From Candidatus Micrarchaeota archaeon (lineage in GTDB: Archaea; Micrarchaeota; Micrarchaeia; Anstonellales; JAHKLY01), in contig JAHKLY010000002.1 of NCBI GenBank assembly GCA_020854825.1, positions 128,001-192,000 of the forward strand: a DNA stretch of 64,000 bases, read 5' to 3'. The notes under the pieces were generated by a model, which saw only the letters and a list, made by a program, of their open reading frames with translations, was not told the DNA's origin and made no database searches. This document shows, piece by piece, positions 51,023 to 60,945 of this stretch. The position numbers and the translations under genes are program-made. How positions within the stretch are numbered: position 1 is the first letter of the stretch; every line of letters starts with the position of its first letter.

Positions 51023-53194
51023 GTGATGTATGTGGCTATTAATAATATTAGGAATGAGATGGCAATTATCTCTACATTTATTCTTATATTATTTTTATGT
51101 TTAGCATTCATATCTCTAGATATTGGTTCTCTTAATAAACTATCTGCAGTTGGGCCTTCACCTTTACCTCCTGCCGAAGTATATAGACCTAAAAGTAGCT
51201 TTAGAGATTACTATGAAGAACAGCAACAATTAATTTTAACTCCTCCTTTAAATCAAGTAGTCGAGGCTTGTCCAGGGGGATGTATTTACTATCATGGATG
51301 TGTTGATGAAGGTCAATGTATAATTGAAGGGTACATTTGTGAAAAAGGAAGATTTATTGAAAGTTGTGGAAATAAAAAATGTGAATATGAATGTGAAACT
51401 CCAGATAGTTGTCCTGAAGATTGTGAATTTCAGATTTCATTTTTTGGATATAATCTTGATGATGATAATCACTATATAGGTTGGACAAGCGATTATTATA
51501 AATACCCTAAAATTCCTAAAGGATCCTATAAACAAACTAGTTATTTATATGAAATATATGAAAATGAATTTAATATTAATTTTAAAAATGGAAATAGAGA
51601 GATTATAAGTTCAATAGTTGAAGAAGGTAAAATACCTAAGCTTACTAGTATGATATTAAAAGTTGATTCTATAAATTGTATGATTGACATAAGAAGCTTA
51701 TTTAAAAAAGAGGGACGAATTGTTAATTATTATAAAAATACAAATTTACTTGTAATTGAAACTCCTTGGTATTTAGTTGATGACATTTCAAAAAATCCTT
51801 GTGTAAGAAAAGTATATCCAGATAATTTAATAACTGCTGAATTAGATGTTTCAACACAGAATACAAAAACAAAAGATGTTTGGAATATGTTAAGTTTTTA
51901 TGAACATTGTTATGATGTAAATATTGGTATTGGAACATATCAAGAATGCATTACTCTCTTCCCATATATATCTCATGTTAAAGGTGACGGAATTGAAATT
52001 GCATTTGTAGACACAGGTATTGATACTACTCACATGGATTTTGAAGGAAAAATAACAAAACAAATGAATGTTAGGGGTAGTGTTCCTGATACTTCAGATG
52101 TTACTGATTTAAATGGACATGGAACTCATTGTGCATCAATTGCTTTAGGAACTGGACAAGGTTCTAATAGATATATAGGAAACGCACCAGATGCAGATAT
52201 ATGGGCAATAAAAGCATTGGACTCTGGAGGATATGGTATGCAATCTTATGTATTAAGGGGCATAAATTATGCTGCAGATCCAAATGAAGATGGAGACTGT
52301 TCAGATCATGTTGATATTCTTTCTTTAAGTTTAGGCTATTATTTAGGATCAGATGGAACAACACCAGATTCAATTGCAGTTCAACATGCAGCTGATTGTG
52401 GAGTGTTGGTAGTTAAATCTGCAGGAAATGGAGGAACTTATGGTCATGGTTCAATAACTTCTCCTGGAGATATCGAAGATGTTATAACAGTTGGAGCAAT
52501 TGATAAATTTGATAATATATATTATAAATCTTCTATAGGCCCAGTAGATAATAGGATATTGAAACCAGATTTAGTTGCTCCGGGGGTAAATATAATCGCT
52601 GCAGTTGCTTATGATTCAGAATGGTGGAGAGATTACATAGGTATCCGTGATATTTATGATGAAGTGTATACAAATTCAACTGGAACTTCTATGGCAGCAC
52701 CCCAAGTTGCAGGTGCAGCTGCATTAATTAAAAGTGAAGACCCTGGATTAACAAACACTCAAATAAAATCAAAATTAATGTTAAGCGCAACACCTTTAGG
52801 AAACTCTGTATTTAAAGAGGGGGCCGGAAAATTGAATACTTTAAAAGCACTTCATTGCCCAATTGCAACTTATCCCCAAAATGCATTTTTCAATTCACCT
52901 AGAATAGGTGATTCTAAAACATTTCAAATCCACAATTTAGAAACAGATTTACTAGAAATACATCTAATCCCTACTCCAATATATAGTGAAAGTGGAGAGG
53001 TATTAACAACTCAAACACAAGTTACTCCTCAAACTTTTTATTTAGAAAGAGGAGAAATAAAAGAATTTGATTTAGAATTTACTGAAGTATCTTCAATTAC
53101 TACTTGGCAATATGGAAGAATTCAAATAATTGTAAGACCATATGGTAAAAGTACTAGCACTGCATATCATATCCCATTTGGAATTAAAAAATAA
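51023..53194 (+). CDS. secreted subtilisin-like S8 serine protease
   Basis: Catalytic triad motifs DTGID, HGTHCAS and GTSMAAP, oxyanion SAGN, signal peptide, Cys-rich N-terminal domain. Confidence 0.95.
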   Translation: MMYVAINNIRNEMAIISTFILILFLCLAFISLDIGSLNKLSAVGPSPLPPAEVYRPKSSFRDYYEEQQQLILTPPLNQVVEACPGGCIYYHGCVDEGQCIIEGYICEKGRFIESCGNKKCEYECETPDSCPEDCEFQISFFGYNLDDDNHYIGWTSDYYKYPKIPKGSYKQTSYLYEIYENEFNINFKNGNREIISSIVEEGKIPKLTSMILKVDSINCMIDIRSLFKKEGRIVNYYKNTNLLVIETPWYLVDDISKNPCVRKVYPDNLITAELDVSTQNTKTKDVWNMLSFYEHCYDVNIGIGTYQECITLFPYISHVKGDGIEIAFVDTGIDTTHMDFEGKITKQMNVRGSVPDTSDVTDLNGHGTHCASIALGTGQGSNRYIGNAPDADIWAIKALDSGGYGMQSYVLRGINYAADPNEDGDCSDHVDILSLSLGYYLGSDGTTPDSIAVQHAADCGVLVVKSAGNGGTYGHGSITSPGDIEDVITVGAIDKFDNIYYKSSIGPVDNRILKPDLVAPGVNIIAAVAYDSEWWRDYIGIRDIYDEVYTNSTGTSMAAPQVAGAAALIKSEDPGLTNTQIKSKLMLSATPLGNSVFKEGAGKLNTLKALHCPIATYPQNAFFNSPRIGDSKTFQIHNLETDLLEIHLIPTPIYSESGEVLTTQTQVTPQTFYLERGEIKEFDLEFTEVSSITTWQYGRIQIIVRPYGKSTSTAYHIPFGIKK

Positions 53195-53196
53195 AA

Positions 53197-53358
53197 TTAT
53201 TTGATAAATTTACCTTTAATACAAGCAACACAAATTCCTTCTTTTTGATGTTTGGTACAAACTGATTTTCCACATAATATACAAGAAATAGCTGCAGGTT
53301 CATTACAGATATAACACAAACTTTTAATCTCATTTGTTCTATTTAATAAATTATCCAC
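53197..53358 (-). CDS. small double zinc-finger protein, 53 aa (missed by the ORF track)
   Basis: GTG start overlaps the aIF2-gamma stop. MDNLLNRTNEIKSLCYICNEPAAISCILCGKSVCTKHQKEGICVACIKGKFIK*. Confidence 0.8.
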   Translation of the reverse strand: MDNLLNRTNEIKSLCYICNEPAAISCILCGKSVCTKHQKEGICVACIKGKFIK

Positions 53359-54541
53359 TTAATACACCAAAACCACTTAAACGCCATCTTTGGCCTACTC
53401 TTCTACTTATGGCAATTTTAGAATCTTCATCAACACAAACAGATCTTTTTAATGAAACCGTCATTTCATCTCCTTTTATTTTGGATATTACTCCAAGTGT
53501 GGTTGCAGTACCAATACTTATAACTAAAGGTTCTCCTATTTTTAAAGGAGGATTATCAAAATCTGTTCTATTAAACAACTGATATCCAATATTTATAATC
53601 TCTTTAGGTTTATCTATTAATCCGGGTTGTAATATAACATTTCCAATTAATCTGTCTCCTTTCGTAATTGCAGGATCAAGTTTAGTTCCAATTCCAACTA
53701 GCCCCCCAGGAATAACTTCTTTTACAGATTTATTCCCAGAATATAAACTTTCAACTTTTAAATTTATTGGATTAATTTCTTCACTATCTATTGCTTTTTT
53801 AATACCTGGAGATAATTCTACAATATCTCCAATTTTAATTTTGCCTTGTATAACAGACCCCCCAATTACTCCCCCAACTAACTTATCAAGATTAGATCCG
53901 GGTTTATTTATATCAAAGGATCTTGCCACAAATAATTTAATAGGTAGTGTTTCATCTCTTTTTGGTGTTGGAATTATTTTTTCTATAGTTTCAACTAATG
54001 CACTAATATTTGTTTCAAAATTAGCAGACATAGGAATAATAGGTGCTTCTTTAAAACCGAAATCATCTAAAAAAAATCTTATTTCTTTATAATTTTCTAT
54101 TGCTTTTTCTTTTGAAACTAAATCTATTTTATTTTGTATAACTACAATCTTAGATATTCCTAATGCTTGCAAAACCATCAAATGTTCTTTTGTTTGGGGC
54201 TGTGGACATTTTTCATTTGCTGCAATAACTAATAAAACTCCATCCATTATACTTGAAGCTGAAATTGCTGTTGCCATAAGTGTTTCATGACCTGGTGCAT
54301 CTAAAAAAGAAACTTTTCTTAATTCAGTATTTTTTTTACCACAACATTTATCATTGACTCCATATTTATTACACTTTGAACAATGATAAAAGGTAGTATC
54401 AGCATACCCTATCCTTATTGAAATTCCTCTTTTTAGTTCTTCACTATAAGTATCTGTCCAAACTCCACTAAGTGCTCTTGTAATTGACGTCTTTCCATGA
54501 TCTACATGACCTAATAATCCTATATTTACTTCAGCTTGCAA
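53351..54541 (-). CDS. eif2g: translation initiation factor 2 gamma subunit
   Basis: GHVDHGKT, RGISIRIGY, DAPGHE, QPQT.EH, NKID, RSFDINKPG. Confidence 0.97.
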   Translation of the reverse strand: MQAEVNIGLLGHVDHGKTSITRALSGVWTDTYSEELKRGISIRIGYADTTFYHCSKCNKYGVNDKCCGKKNTELRKVSFLDAPGHETLMATAISASSIMDGVLLVIAANEKCPQPQTKEHLMVLQALGISKIVVIQNKIDLVSKEKAIENYKEIRFFLDDFGFKEAPIIPMSANFETNISALVETIEKIIPTPKRDETLPIKLFVARSFDINKPGSNLDKLVGGVIGGSVIQGKIKIGDIVELSPGIKKAIDSEEINPINLKVESLYSGNKSVKEVIPGGLVGIGTKLDPAITKGDRLIGNVILQPGLIDKPKEIINIGYQLFNRTDFDNPPLKIGEPLVISIGTATTLGVISKIKGDEMTVSLKRSVCVDEDSKIAISRRVGQRWRLSGFGVLSG

Positions 54542-54550
54542 TACCTCACC

Positions 54551-54955
54551 TTATTGTTTTTCTTCTGTTGCTTCTTTAGGAGCTTCTTCTTTACCAAATA
54601 ATTTTCCAAGAGATGTAGGTCCTTCTTTTGTAACTATTACATTTATTTGATTTACATCTTGACCAATTTGTTTTCCATGAATCATTTTTTTTCTTCTTTC
54701 TCCAGCAGATTTTTTCTTAAATCCAGGTCCTTTGGACATTAGTACTTTTTGTTTTCCAGACCCTTCTACATCATATCTCATTGGAAACCCGCTTAAGTCA
54801 CTTCCCCCTGTAATTTTAAAGGAATAACCTGTAACTCCAATTTGACTTCCTTCAATCGTATCTCCTATTTTTTTACCCATTAATGTTCCAATATTTTCTT
54901 GTGGAACTTCAACTTGGTATGATTTACCATCTTTATTTCCTATAACTACTTTCAT
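54551..54955 (-). CDS. rps6e: 30S ribosomal protein S6e
   Basis: ITGGSDLSGFPMR and GERRKK, in the conserved position upstream of aIF2-gamma. Confidence 0.96.
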   Translation of the reverse strand: MKVVIGNKDGKSYQVEVPQENIGTLMGKKIGDTIEGSQIGVTGYSFKITGGSDLSGFPMRYDVEGSGKQKVLMSKGPGFKKKSAGERRKKMIHGKQIGQDVNQINVIVTKEGPTSLGKLFGKEEAPKEATEEKQ

Positions 54956-55151
54956 AAATCCTCACCTTTAATTATTATCTAAAATATACCTAATAATAAG
55001 TAGTATTGTATATATACACAGAGGTTTATAAATGTTTTTCATATTAAAAAGTCTAATTTTCTATTAAATATATAAAAAATATAAATCAGATAGAAATATT
55101 TAAATAATATTGGGGAGAACATAAATTCATAATATAATTACTGGTGATTAA

Positions 55152-55421
55152 ATGAAAGTATTAAAGTTTGGGGCTGTCTGGTGTCAAGGTTGCTTAATTA
55201 TGAAACCAAGATGGAAAAAACTTGAAGAAAAAAATCCTTGGTTGCATACAGAATATTATGATTATGATAATGACAAAGAAATGGTTAAAAAATATAATAT
55301 TAATGATAAATTACCTACCTTTGTTTTTTTAGATAAAGATAACAATGAATTTTTAAGACTTTATGGAGAAATTGAAGAAGACAAACTTCAAAAAATTTTA
55401 GATGAAAATAAAAATAGATGA
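55152..55421 (+). CDS. thioredoxin-family protein
   Basis: WCQGC active site and cis-Pro motif LPTF. Confidence 0.9.
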   Translation: MKVLKFGAVWCQGCLIMKPRWKKLEEKNPWLHTEYYDYDNDKEMVKKYNINDKLPTFVFLDKDNNEFLRLYGEIEEDKLQKILDENKNR

Positions 55422-55425
55422 TTAA

Positions 55426-56568
55426 ATGATAAATAAAAAAATCAACATAACACTTATTTTATTGTTATTAATTAGTTTTACTTTTGCATCTCCAGATATG
55501 TTAGGACATTCCCCAATGAAATCAGAACAAGTAGATTTGTATTTATTTTGGTCTCATGGATGCCCACATTGTGAACATGAAAAAGACTTTTTAGAAACCT
55601 TAGAAATTAAATATTCAAATCTTAATATTCATGAATTTGAAGTTAGCAGAAACAAAACAAATTTTGATTTAATGATCAAAATGGCTGATAAACTTAATAC
55701 TACTGTAACTGGAGTACCATTTACAATTGTTGGAGATAACTACTTTAAAGGATGGAATAGTGAAGAAACGACAGGAAAATCCATTGAACAAGCAATTTTA
55801 GATATTAAGCAAACAAATGGAGATATAATAGACCTTCCTTTTTTTGGAGAAATAGATGTAAAAACCGTTTCTCTCCCAGTATTAACAATTATGATTGCAG
55901 CGTTAGATGGTTTTAACCCTTGTGCAATGTGGGTGTTATTATTTTTGATTACATTATTATTAGGTATTGAAAATAGATTTAAAAGATGGCTCTTTGGGGG
56001 GGTCTTTATAGGTGCATCTGCACTCGTATATTTTATTATAATGGCTGCATGGTTAAACTTATTTTTATTAGTAGGTTTTATATGGTGGATAAGATTAGTC
56101 ATTGGATTAGTTGCAATTGGTGCAGGACTTTATAATTTAAAAAAATATCAAACCAATATTGAAGGTGTTTGTAAAGTAACTGGTGATGAAAAAAGACAAA
56201 AGATTTTTGATAATTTAAAAAATATTGTTCATAAAGAACATATTGTATTTGCATTAATTGGATTAATAATTTTAGCTTTTGCAGTTAATGTTGTTGAATT
56301 AGTTTGTTCTGCTGGTTTTCCTGCTGTTTATACAAATATATTATCTTTAAGCAATTTAACTGCTTTTGAATATTATGCATATTTAGTTTTATATGTTTTT
56401 ATATTTCTATTAGATGATTTAATTATATTTATAGTCGCAATGAGAACCTTAGAAATAACTGGAATCTCAACTAAATATAGTAGAATGTCTCATTTAATAG
56501 GAGGCATACTTATGTTGATATTAGGCGCAATATTAATATTAAAACCTGAACTTATCATGTTTGGTTAA
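55426..56568 (+). CDS. glutaredoxin-like domain fused to a CcdA/DsbD-like membrane domain
   Basis: CPHC and GVP, then DGFNPCAMWVL and ELVCSAGFP within TM segments. Confidence 0.85.
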   Translation: MINKKINITLILLLLISFTFASPDMLGHSPMKSEQVDLYLFWSHGCPHCEHEKDFLETLEIKYSNLNIHEFEVSRNKTNFDLMIKMADKLNTTVTGVPFTIVGDNYFKGWNSEETTGKSIEQAILDIKQTNGDIIDLPFFGEIDVKTVSLPVLTIMIAALDGFNPCAMWVLLFLITLLLGIENRFKRWLFGGVFIGASALVYFIIMAAWLNLFLLVGFIWWIRLVIGLVAIGAGLYNLKKYQTNIEGVCKVTGDEKRQKIFDNLKNIVHKEHIVFALIGLIILAFAVNVVELVCSAGFPAVYTNILSLSNLTAFEYYAYLVLYVFIFLLDDLIIFIVAMRTLEITGISTKYSRMSHLIGGILMLILGAILILKPELIMFG

Positions 56569-57239
56569 ATTTGCTCTTTCCATCCATGTAATCTTTGTAA
56601 TTCTCGTATTTTCTCTTTTATATCCTCAGAATAATAATCTGGAATAATTAGAGGCATGACCTCATGATAACATTTTGAACAAAGTGCTTCATAATCCTCT
56701 TTTCCACCTACTTTAATTGCTTCTGTTTTTTCGATAATAGCATGAGTAAAATAAGCCTCTGCTTGACATTTTGAACAAAACGCATTATGGACTATAATTT
56801 GAGAATGATGAATGCCTGCCAACAAATCTCCCATATGTGGACAACCTGTATTTGGATCTGCATCTTTAAATGGAAAAGGTTTATTTTCAGAAGTAGTTGA
56901 AAGACCAGAATAATAAATATTCTTACCAAAAGATAATAATATTCTTATATGATCTATTATTTTACTTTCAAAAAACTGTATTTCATCAATAAAAATATCA
57001 GTTACTGGGAATTCAGAAAAATCTATAATTATCTGATATCCATCTTCTTTAATTACATTAGCAGGAATAGTTATCCCATTATTAGTAACTACATCAGTTA
57101 TATCATACCTATTATCTTTTTTTGGTTTATAAACTTTAAAAGTTCTACCTGCATATTTTTCTCTATTAACTAATCTAACAAGTTCTTCTGTTTTACCTGA
57201 AAACATAGGCCCTAAACACGCAATTAAATTCCCTGCCAT
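56565..57239 (-). CDS. tdk: thymidine kinase (TK1 type)
   Basis: GPMFSGKTEEL, IDEIQF, C..C and VGG...YEALC..C. Confidence 0.93.
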   Translation of the reverse strand: MAGNLIACLGPMFSGKTEELVRLVNREKYAGRTFKVYKPKKDNRYDITDVVTNNGITIPANVIKEDGYQIIIDFSEFPVTDIFIDEIQFFESKIIDHIRILLSFGKNIYYSGLSTTSENKPFPFKDADPNTGCPHMGDLLAGIHHSQIIVHNAFCSKCQAEAYFTHAIIEKTEAIKVGGKEDYEALCSKCYHEVMPLIIPDYYSEDIKEKIRELQRLHGWKEQI

Positions 57240-57402
57240 TAAATCACCCCATTAAAATTAAAATAATATTAAATACCCAATATATTTAAAACCCATAGAG
57301 AAACAGAATGGAAAAAACTAGAAAAAACAAACATTTAAATATATAAGCACACACAAATATATTATCTTTATTAATAATTAAACTAAGTGGAGGGAGATAA
57401 AT

Positions 57403-58296
57403 ATGAAAACTGCTGAAATTATGGAAAGAATTGCTAAAAGAGATCCTGCTATTATTGCAACTGGGAACCATTTAATTTGTAATCCAAGAAACCCTAAATT
57501 TTTGAAGGAATATTTAAAGGGAGCAAATACTTCAAATAATTTTCAACGACTATTAACTTTTATGCGAAAACAATGGGACACTGCAAATGAATTCAATTGT
57601 TTAGCAGACGAATTTGAAAAGATGATACCAGATCAAATTATAGGCTTAAATATAATAGAACTTAACAAATTACACTCCAACTTATTTGAAATAACTAAAG
57701 ACTTTTATACATCAATCCCAGAAAATCCCTCTTTTCAAGATTATTTAACTATAAATTCAGAATTCATTCAAATACTAGAATTAATTAATGTTTTTTCACA
57801 AGATTCTACTGAAATTAAAGGATATTTAATTAAAGAAAGAATTAAAAAAATAGAGGAAGAGCTTGATAAAGAAGCAACAATATTTTTTAAAACGTTTACC
57901 ACTTATGCAAGATTAGCAAAATATCCTCAAAGACACAAACTAGGTTTATGGTTTGATAAAATAACTGCAAGAAGAGAAGCATCAATATATGGAAAAACCA
58001 CTTGGGCGTATGAAATTGCTGAAGCACATGCAAATGGGCTTTTGTATTTAATTGATAAATTTGGATATCCTGAATGGGATTCTGAAAAAGTAGATATTTT
58101 TTCAACCGAAATTAATAATTTAAAACAAAAAAGAATAGGTAACATAATCACAAGAGTTAGTAATATTCTAGAAAAAACACATTCAAAATTCATTGAAAAT
58201 GTAAATCTAATTAGAGAAATATTCACAAACGCTATAATAAAAAAAATTGATATAACTGAAAAAAGAATTGGTAGTAAAAATGGGTACTACATATAA
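57403..58296 (+). CDS. hypothetical protein
   Basis: 297 codons with SD GGAGGGAG. Confidence 0.7.
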   Translation: MKTAEIMERIAKRDPAIIATGNHLICNPRNPKFLKEYLKGANTSNNFQRLLTFMRKQWDTANEFNCLADEFEKMIPDQIIGLNIIELNKLHSNLFEITKDFYTSIPENPSFQDYLTINSEFIQILELINVFSQDSTEIKGYLIKERIKKIEEELDKEATIFFKTFTTYARLAKYPQRHKLGLWFDKITARREASIYGKTTWAYEIAEAHANGLLYLIDKFGYPEWDSEKVDIFSTEINNLKQKRIGNIITRVSNILEKTHSKFIENVNLIREIFTNAIIKKIDITEKRIGSKNGYYI

Positions 58297-58834
58297 ATAT
58301 AAAACTAATAAAAAAATACTACCGTCACTTTCTTTTTTGTTACCTGTCATCAATGGATATAGAAACGGAATTGGAACAGACCAGCATAAATATGCCCTAA
58401 CTGAAAAAGAATTAAAAGAAGGCTGTCTTTTCAAATTAGGAGGTGTTAAAATACCAAATATTAAAGTTCTATCTAATTCTGATGGAGATGTTGTTTATCA
58501 TGCATTATGGGATGCAATTTCAAGCGCAATTGGAGGAAGTTCAATAGGAAAAACATACCCTAAAGATAACAGATCAAGTGATGTATTTTTAAAAGAGTTA
58601 AAAGAAATAATGGATGAACAAGGATATGCAATAAATAATATTTCTATTGTTATTGAATGCACTAAACCAAAGATTTTACCAATAGAAGAAGAAATGAAAA
58701 AAAACATAGCAGAAATATTCAAAATAAACTTAGATCAAATAGGGATTACTGCTAAATCAGGCGAAGGTTTAACAGAATTTGGCAAAGGAAAAGGCGTTGA
58801 AGCAATAGTAAACGTCAGTCTTTTCAGATATTAA
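58268..58834 (+). CDS. ispF: 2-C-methyl-D-erythritol 2,4-cyclodiphosphate synthase-like protein
   Basis: GIGTDQH, LGGV.I, NSDGDVVYHALWDA, PKI.P, ITAKSGEGLTEFGKGKG. Confidence 0.85.
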   Translation: MVVKMGTTYKYKTNKKILPSLSFLLPVINGYRNGIGTDQHKYALTEKELKEGCLFKLGGVKIPNIKVLSNSDGDVVYHALWDAISSAIGGSSIGKTYPKDNRSSDVFLKELKEIMDEQGYAINNISIVIECTKPKILPIEEEMKKNIAEIFKINLDQIGITAKSGEGLTEFGKGKGVEAIVNVSLFRY

Positions 58835-59016
58835 ACAACTAACTTTCTCTTCTTATCCTAAATGTGTAAATGCATGAAAATATGCGTTTTAACGACGTAA
58901 GAGTAAGCTTTAAATACTCTCTCATTTATAATATAAACATAGAAAAAAGGTCTGATTTTAAGATCCAAAAAACAATAAAATAAATTAAAAGAAGAGTAAA
59001 TTTAAGAGGTAAAACC

Positions 59017-60942
59017 ATGGGTGAGCAAACCAAACAAAATAATGAAAAAGCTACTTATAATAATGAAGACTACTCAGCTAAAAATATCAAAATTTTAGAA
59101 GGTTTAGAAGCAGTTAGAAAAAGACCTGCAATGTATATTGGAGATACAGGAGAACATGGTTTGCATCATTTAGTCTATGAAGTTGTTGATAATTCAATTG
59201 ATGAAGCAGTTGCTGGTCACTGTAAAAATATTGATATCGTAATTAAAAAAGATAACTCTATATTAGTTAAAGACGACGGTAGAGGAATACCAGTTGAACA
59301 GCATGATAGTGGAGTTTCAGCATTAGAAGTCGTTTTAACTAAATTACATGCAGGTGGAAAATTTGATAAAGATTCATATAAAGTTAGTGGAGGATTGCAT
59401 GGAGTAGGTATAAGTGTAGTTAATGCATTATCAGAATGGATGGAGATTCAAGTTAAAAGAAACGGCAGTATATACTCACAAAATTATAAAAGAGGAAATC
59501 CTGAAAAACCTGTTGAAATAATAAGTACGGCTGAAAAAACAGGAACACAAGTTAGGTTCAAACCAGATAATGAAATATTTTCAAGTATGGTTTTTGATTA
59601 TGATATATTAGCTTCAAGATTAAGAGAACTTGCATTTCTAAACGCAGGAATAAAAATTTCTATTTTTGATGAAAGGAATGAAGAAAATAAGGAAGTGTTC
59701 CAATATGAGGGGGGGATAAAATCTTTTGTTGAATATTTAAATAGAAATAAAGCCCCGATACATTCTCCAGTATATTTCAAAAAAGAGGAAGCAGAGTATG
59801 AAGTAGAAATTGCTTTACAATATACTGATTCATATTCATCAAACATTTTAACATTTGCAAATAATATTAATACAATTGAGGGAGGAACTCATTTAATTGG
59901 ATTTAAAACTGCTTTAACAAGAACAATAAACGACTACATTAATTCAAATAATTTAAAAGTAGATAAATTAACAGGTAATGATTTAAACGAAGGATTAACT
60001 ACAGTTATATCAGTTAAGGTTCCAGAACCGCAATTTGAAGGACAAACAAAAACAAAACTTGGTAATAATAATGTTAAAGGAATTGTCGAAAGAATAACAA
60101 ACGAACAATTAAGATATTACCTTGAAGAACATCCTGCTGAAGCAAAAGTAATGATTGAAAAAGCATTAACTGCATTAAGAGCAAGAATGGCAGCAAAAAA
60201 AGCAAAGGAATTAATCAGAAGAAAAGGGGTTTTAGAAGGTACAATATTACCCGGAAAATTAGCAGACTGTATAAAAAAAGATCCTGATAAATGTGAAATA
60301 TATTTAGTTGAAGGAGATAGTGCAGGTGGTTCAGGAAAACAAGGAAGAGATAGAAATTTTCAAGCAATTTTACCATTACGAGGAAAGATATTAAATGTTG
60401 AAAAAGCACCACTTGATAAAATACTAGCAAATAATGAGATAAAATCCATGGTTAAGGCATTTGGAACTAGTATAGGAGATGACTTTGATATTTCTAAATT
60501 AAGATATGGAAAAATAATTATAATGACTGATGCCGACGTTGATGGTGCACATATTAGAACTTTAATTTTAACTTTCTTTTATAGATACTTAAAAGAATTA
60601 ATTGAAAAAGGTAATATATACATAGCAAATGCACCTTTATATAAAATCAAAAAAGGAAAATTAACAAAATATGTTTATTCTGATGAAGAATTAAATTCTG
60701 TATTAAATGAGATTGGAGAAAAAGGTGCGTCTCATCAAAGATTTAAAGGATTGGGAGAAATGAACCCTGAAGAACTTTGGGAAACTACTATGAACCCAGA
60801 AAACAGAATTTTAATAAAAATAACATTGGATGATGCAGCATTAGCAGATGAACTATTTACTATACTCATGGGAACTGAAGTTGAACCAAGAAGAGAATTT
60901 ATTCAAAAACATGCTAAAGAAGTTAAAAATATTGATATTTAA
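59017..60942 (+). CDS. gyrB: DNA gyrase subunit B
   Basis: LEAVRKRPAMYIG, EVVDNSIDE, LHAGGKF, VEGDSAGGS, PLRGKILN, MTDADVDG. Confidence 0.98.
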   Translation: MGEQTKQNNEKATYNNEDYSAKNIKILEGLEAVRKRPAMYIGDTGEHGLHHLVYEVVDNSIDEAVAGHCKNIDIVIKKDNSILVKDDGRGIPVEQHDSGVSALEVVLTKLHAGGKFDKDSYKVSGGLHGVGISVVNALSEWMEIQVKRNGSIYSQNYKRGNPEKPVEIISTAEKTGTQVRFKPDNEIFSSMVFDYDILASRLRELAFLNAGIKISIFDERNEENKEVFQYEGGIKSFVEYLNRNKAPIHSPVYFKKEEAEYEVEIALQYTDSYSSNILTFANNINTIEGGTHLIGFKTALTRTINDYINSNNLKVDKLTGNDLNEGLTTVISVKVPEPQFEGQTKTKLGNNNVKGIVERITNEQLRYYLEEHPAEAKVMIEKALTALRARMAAKKAKELIRRKGVLEGTILPGKLADCIKKDPDKCEIYLVEGDSAGGSGKQGRDRNFQAILPLRGKILNVEKAPLDKILANNEIKSMVKAFGTSIGDDFDISKLRYGKIIIMTDADVDGAHIRTLILTFFYRYLKELIEKGNIYIANAPLYKIKKGKLTKYVYSDEELNSVLNEIGEKGASHQRFKGLGEMNPEELWETTMNPENRILIKITLDDAALADELFTILMGTEVEPRREFIQKHAKEVKNIDI

Positions 60943-60945
60943 GGT

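Noticed and set aside
50926-51111. N-terminal extension of ORF 50239-51111
   Set aside because: It overlaps the divergent protease gene and its promoter. The SD and signal peptide point to a start at 50925.
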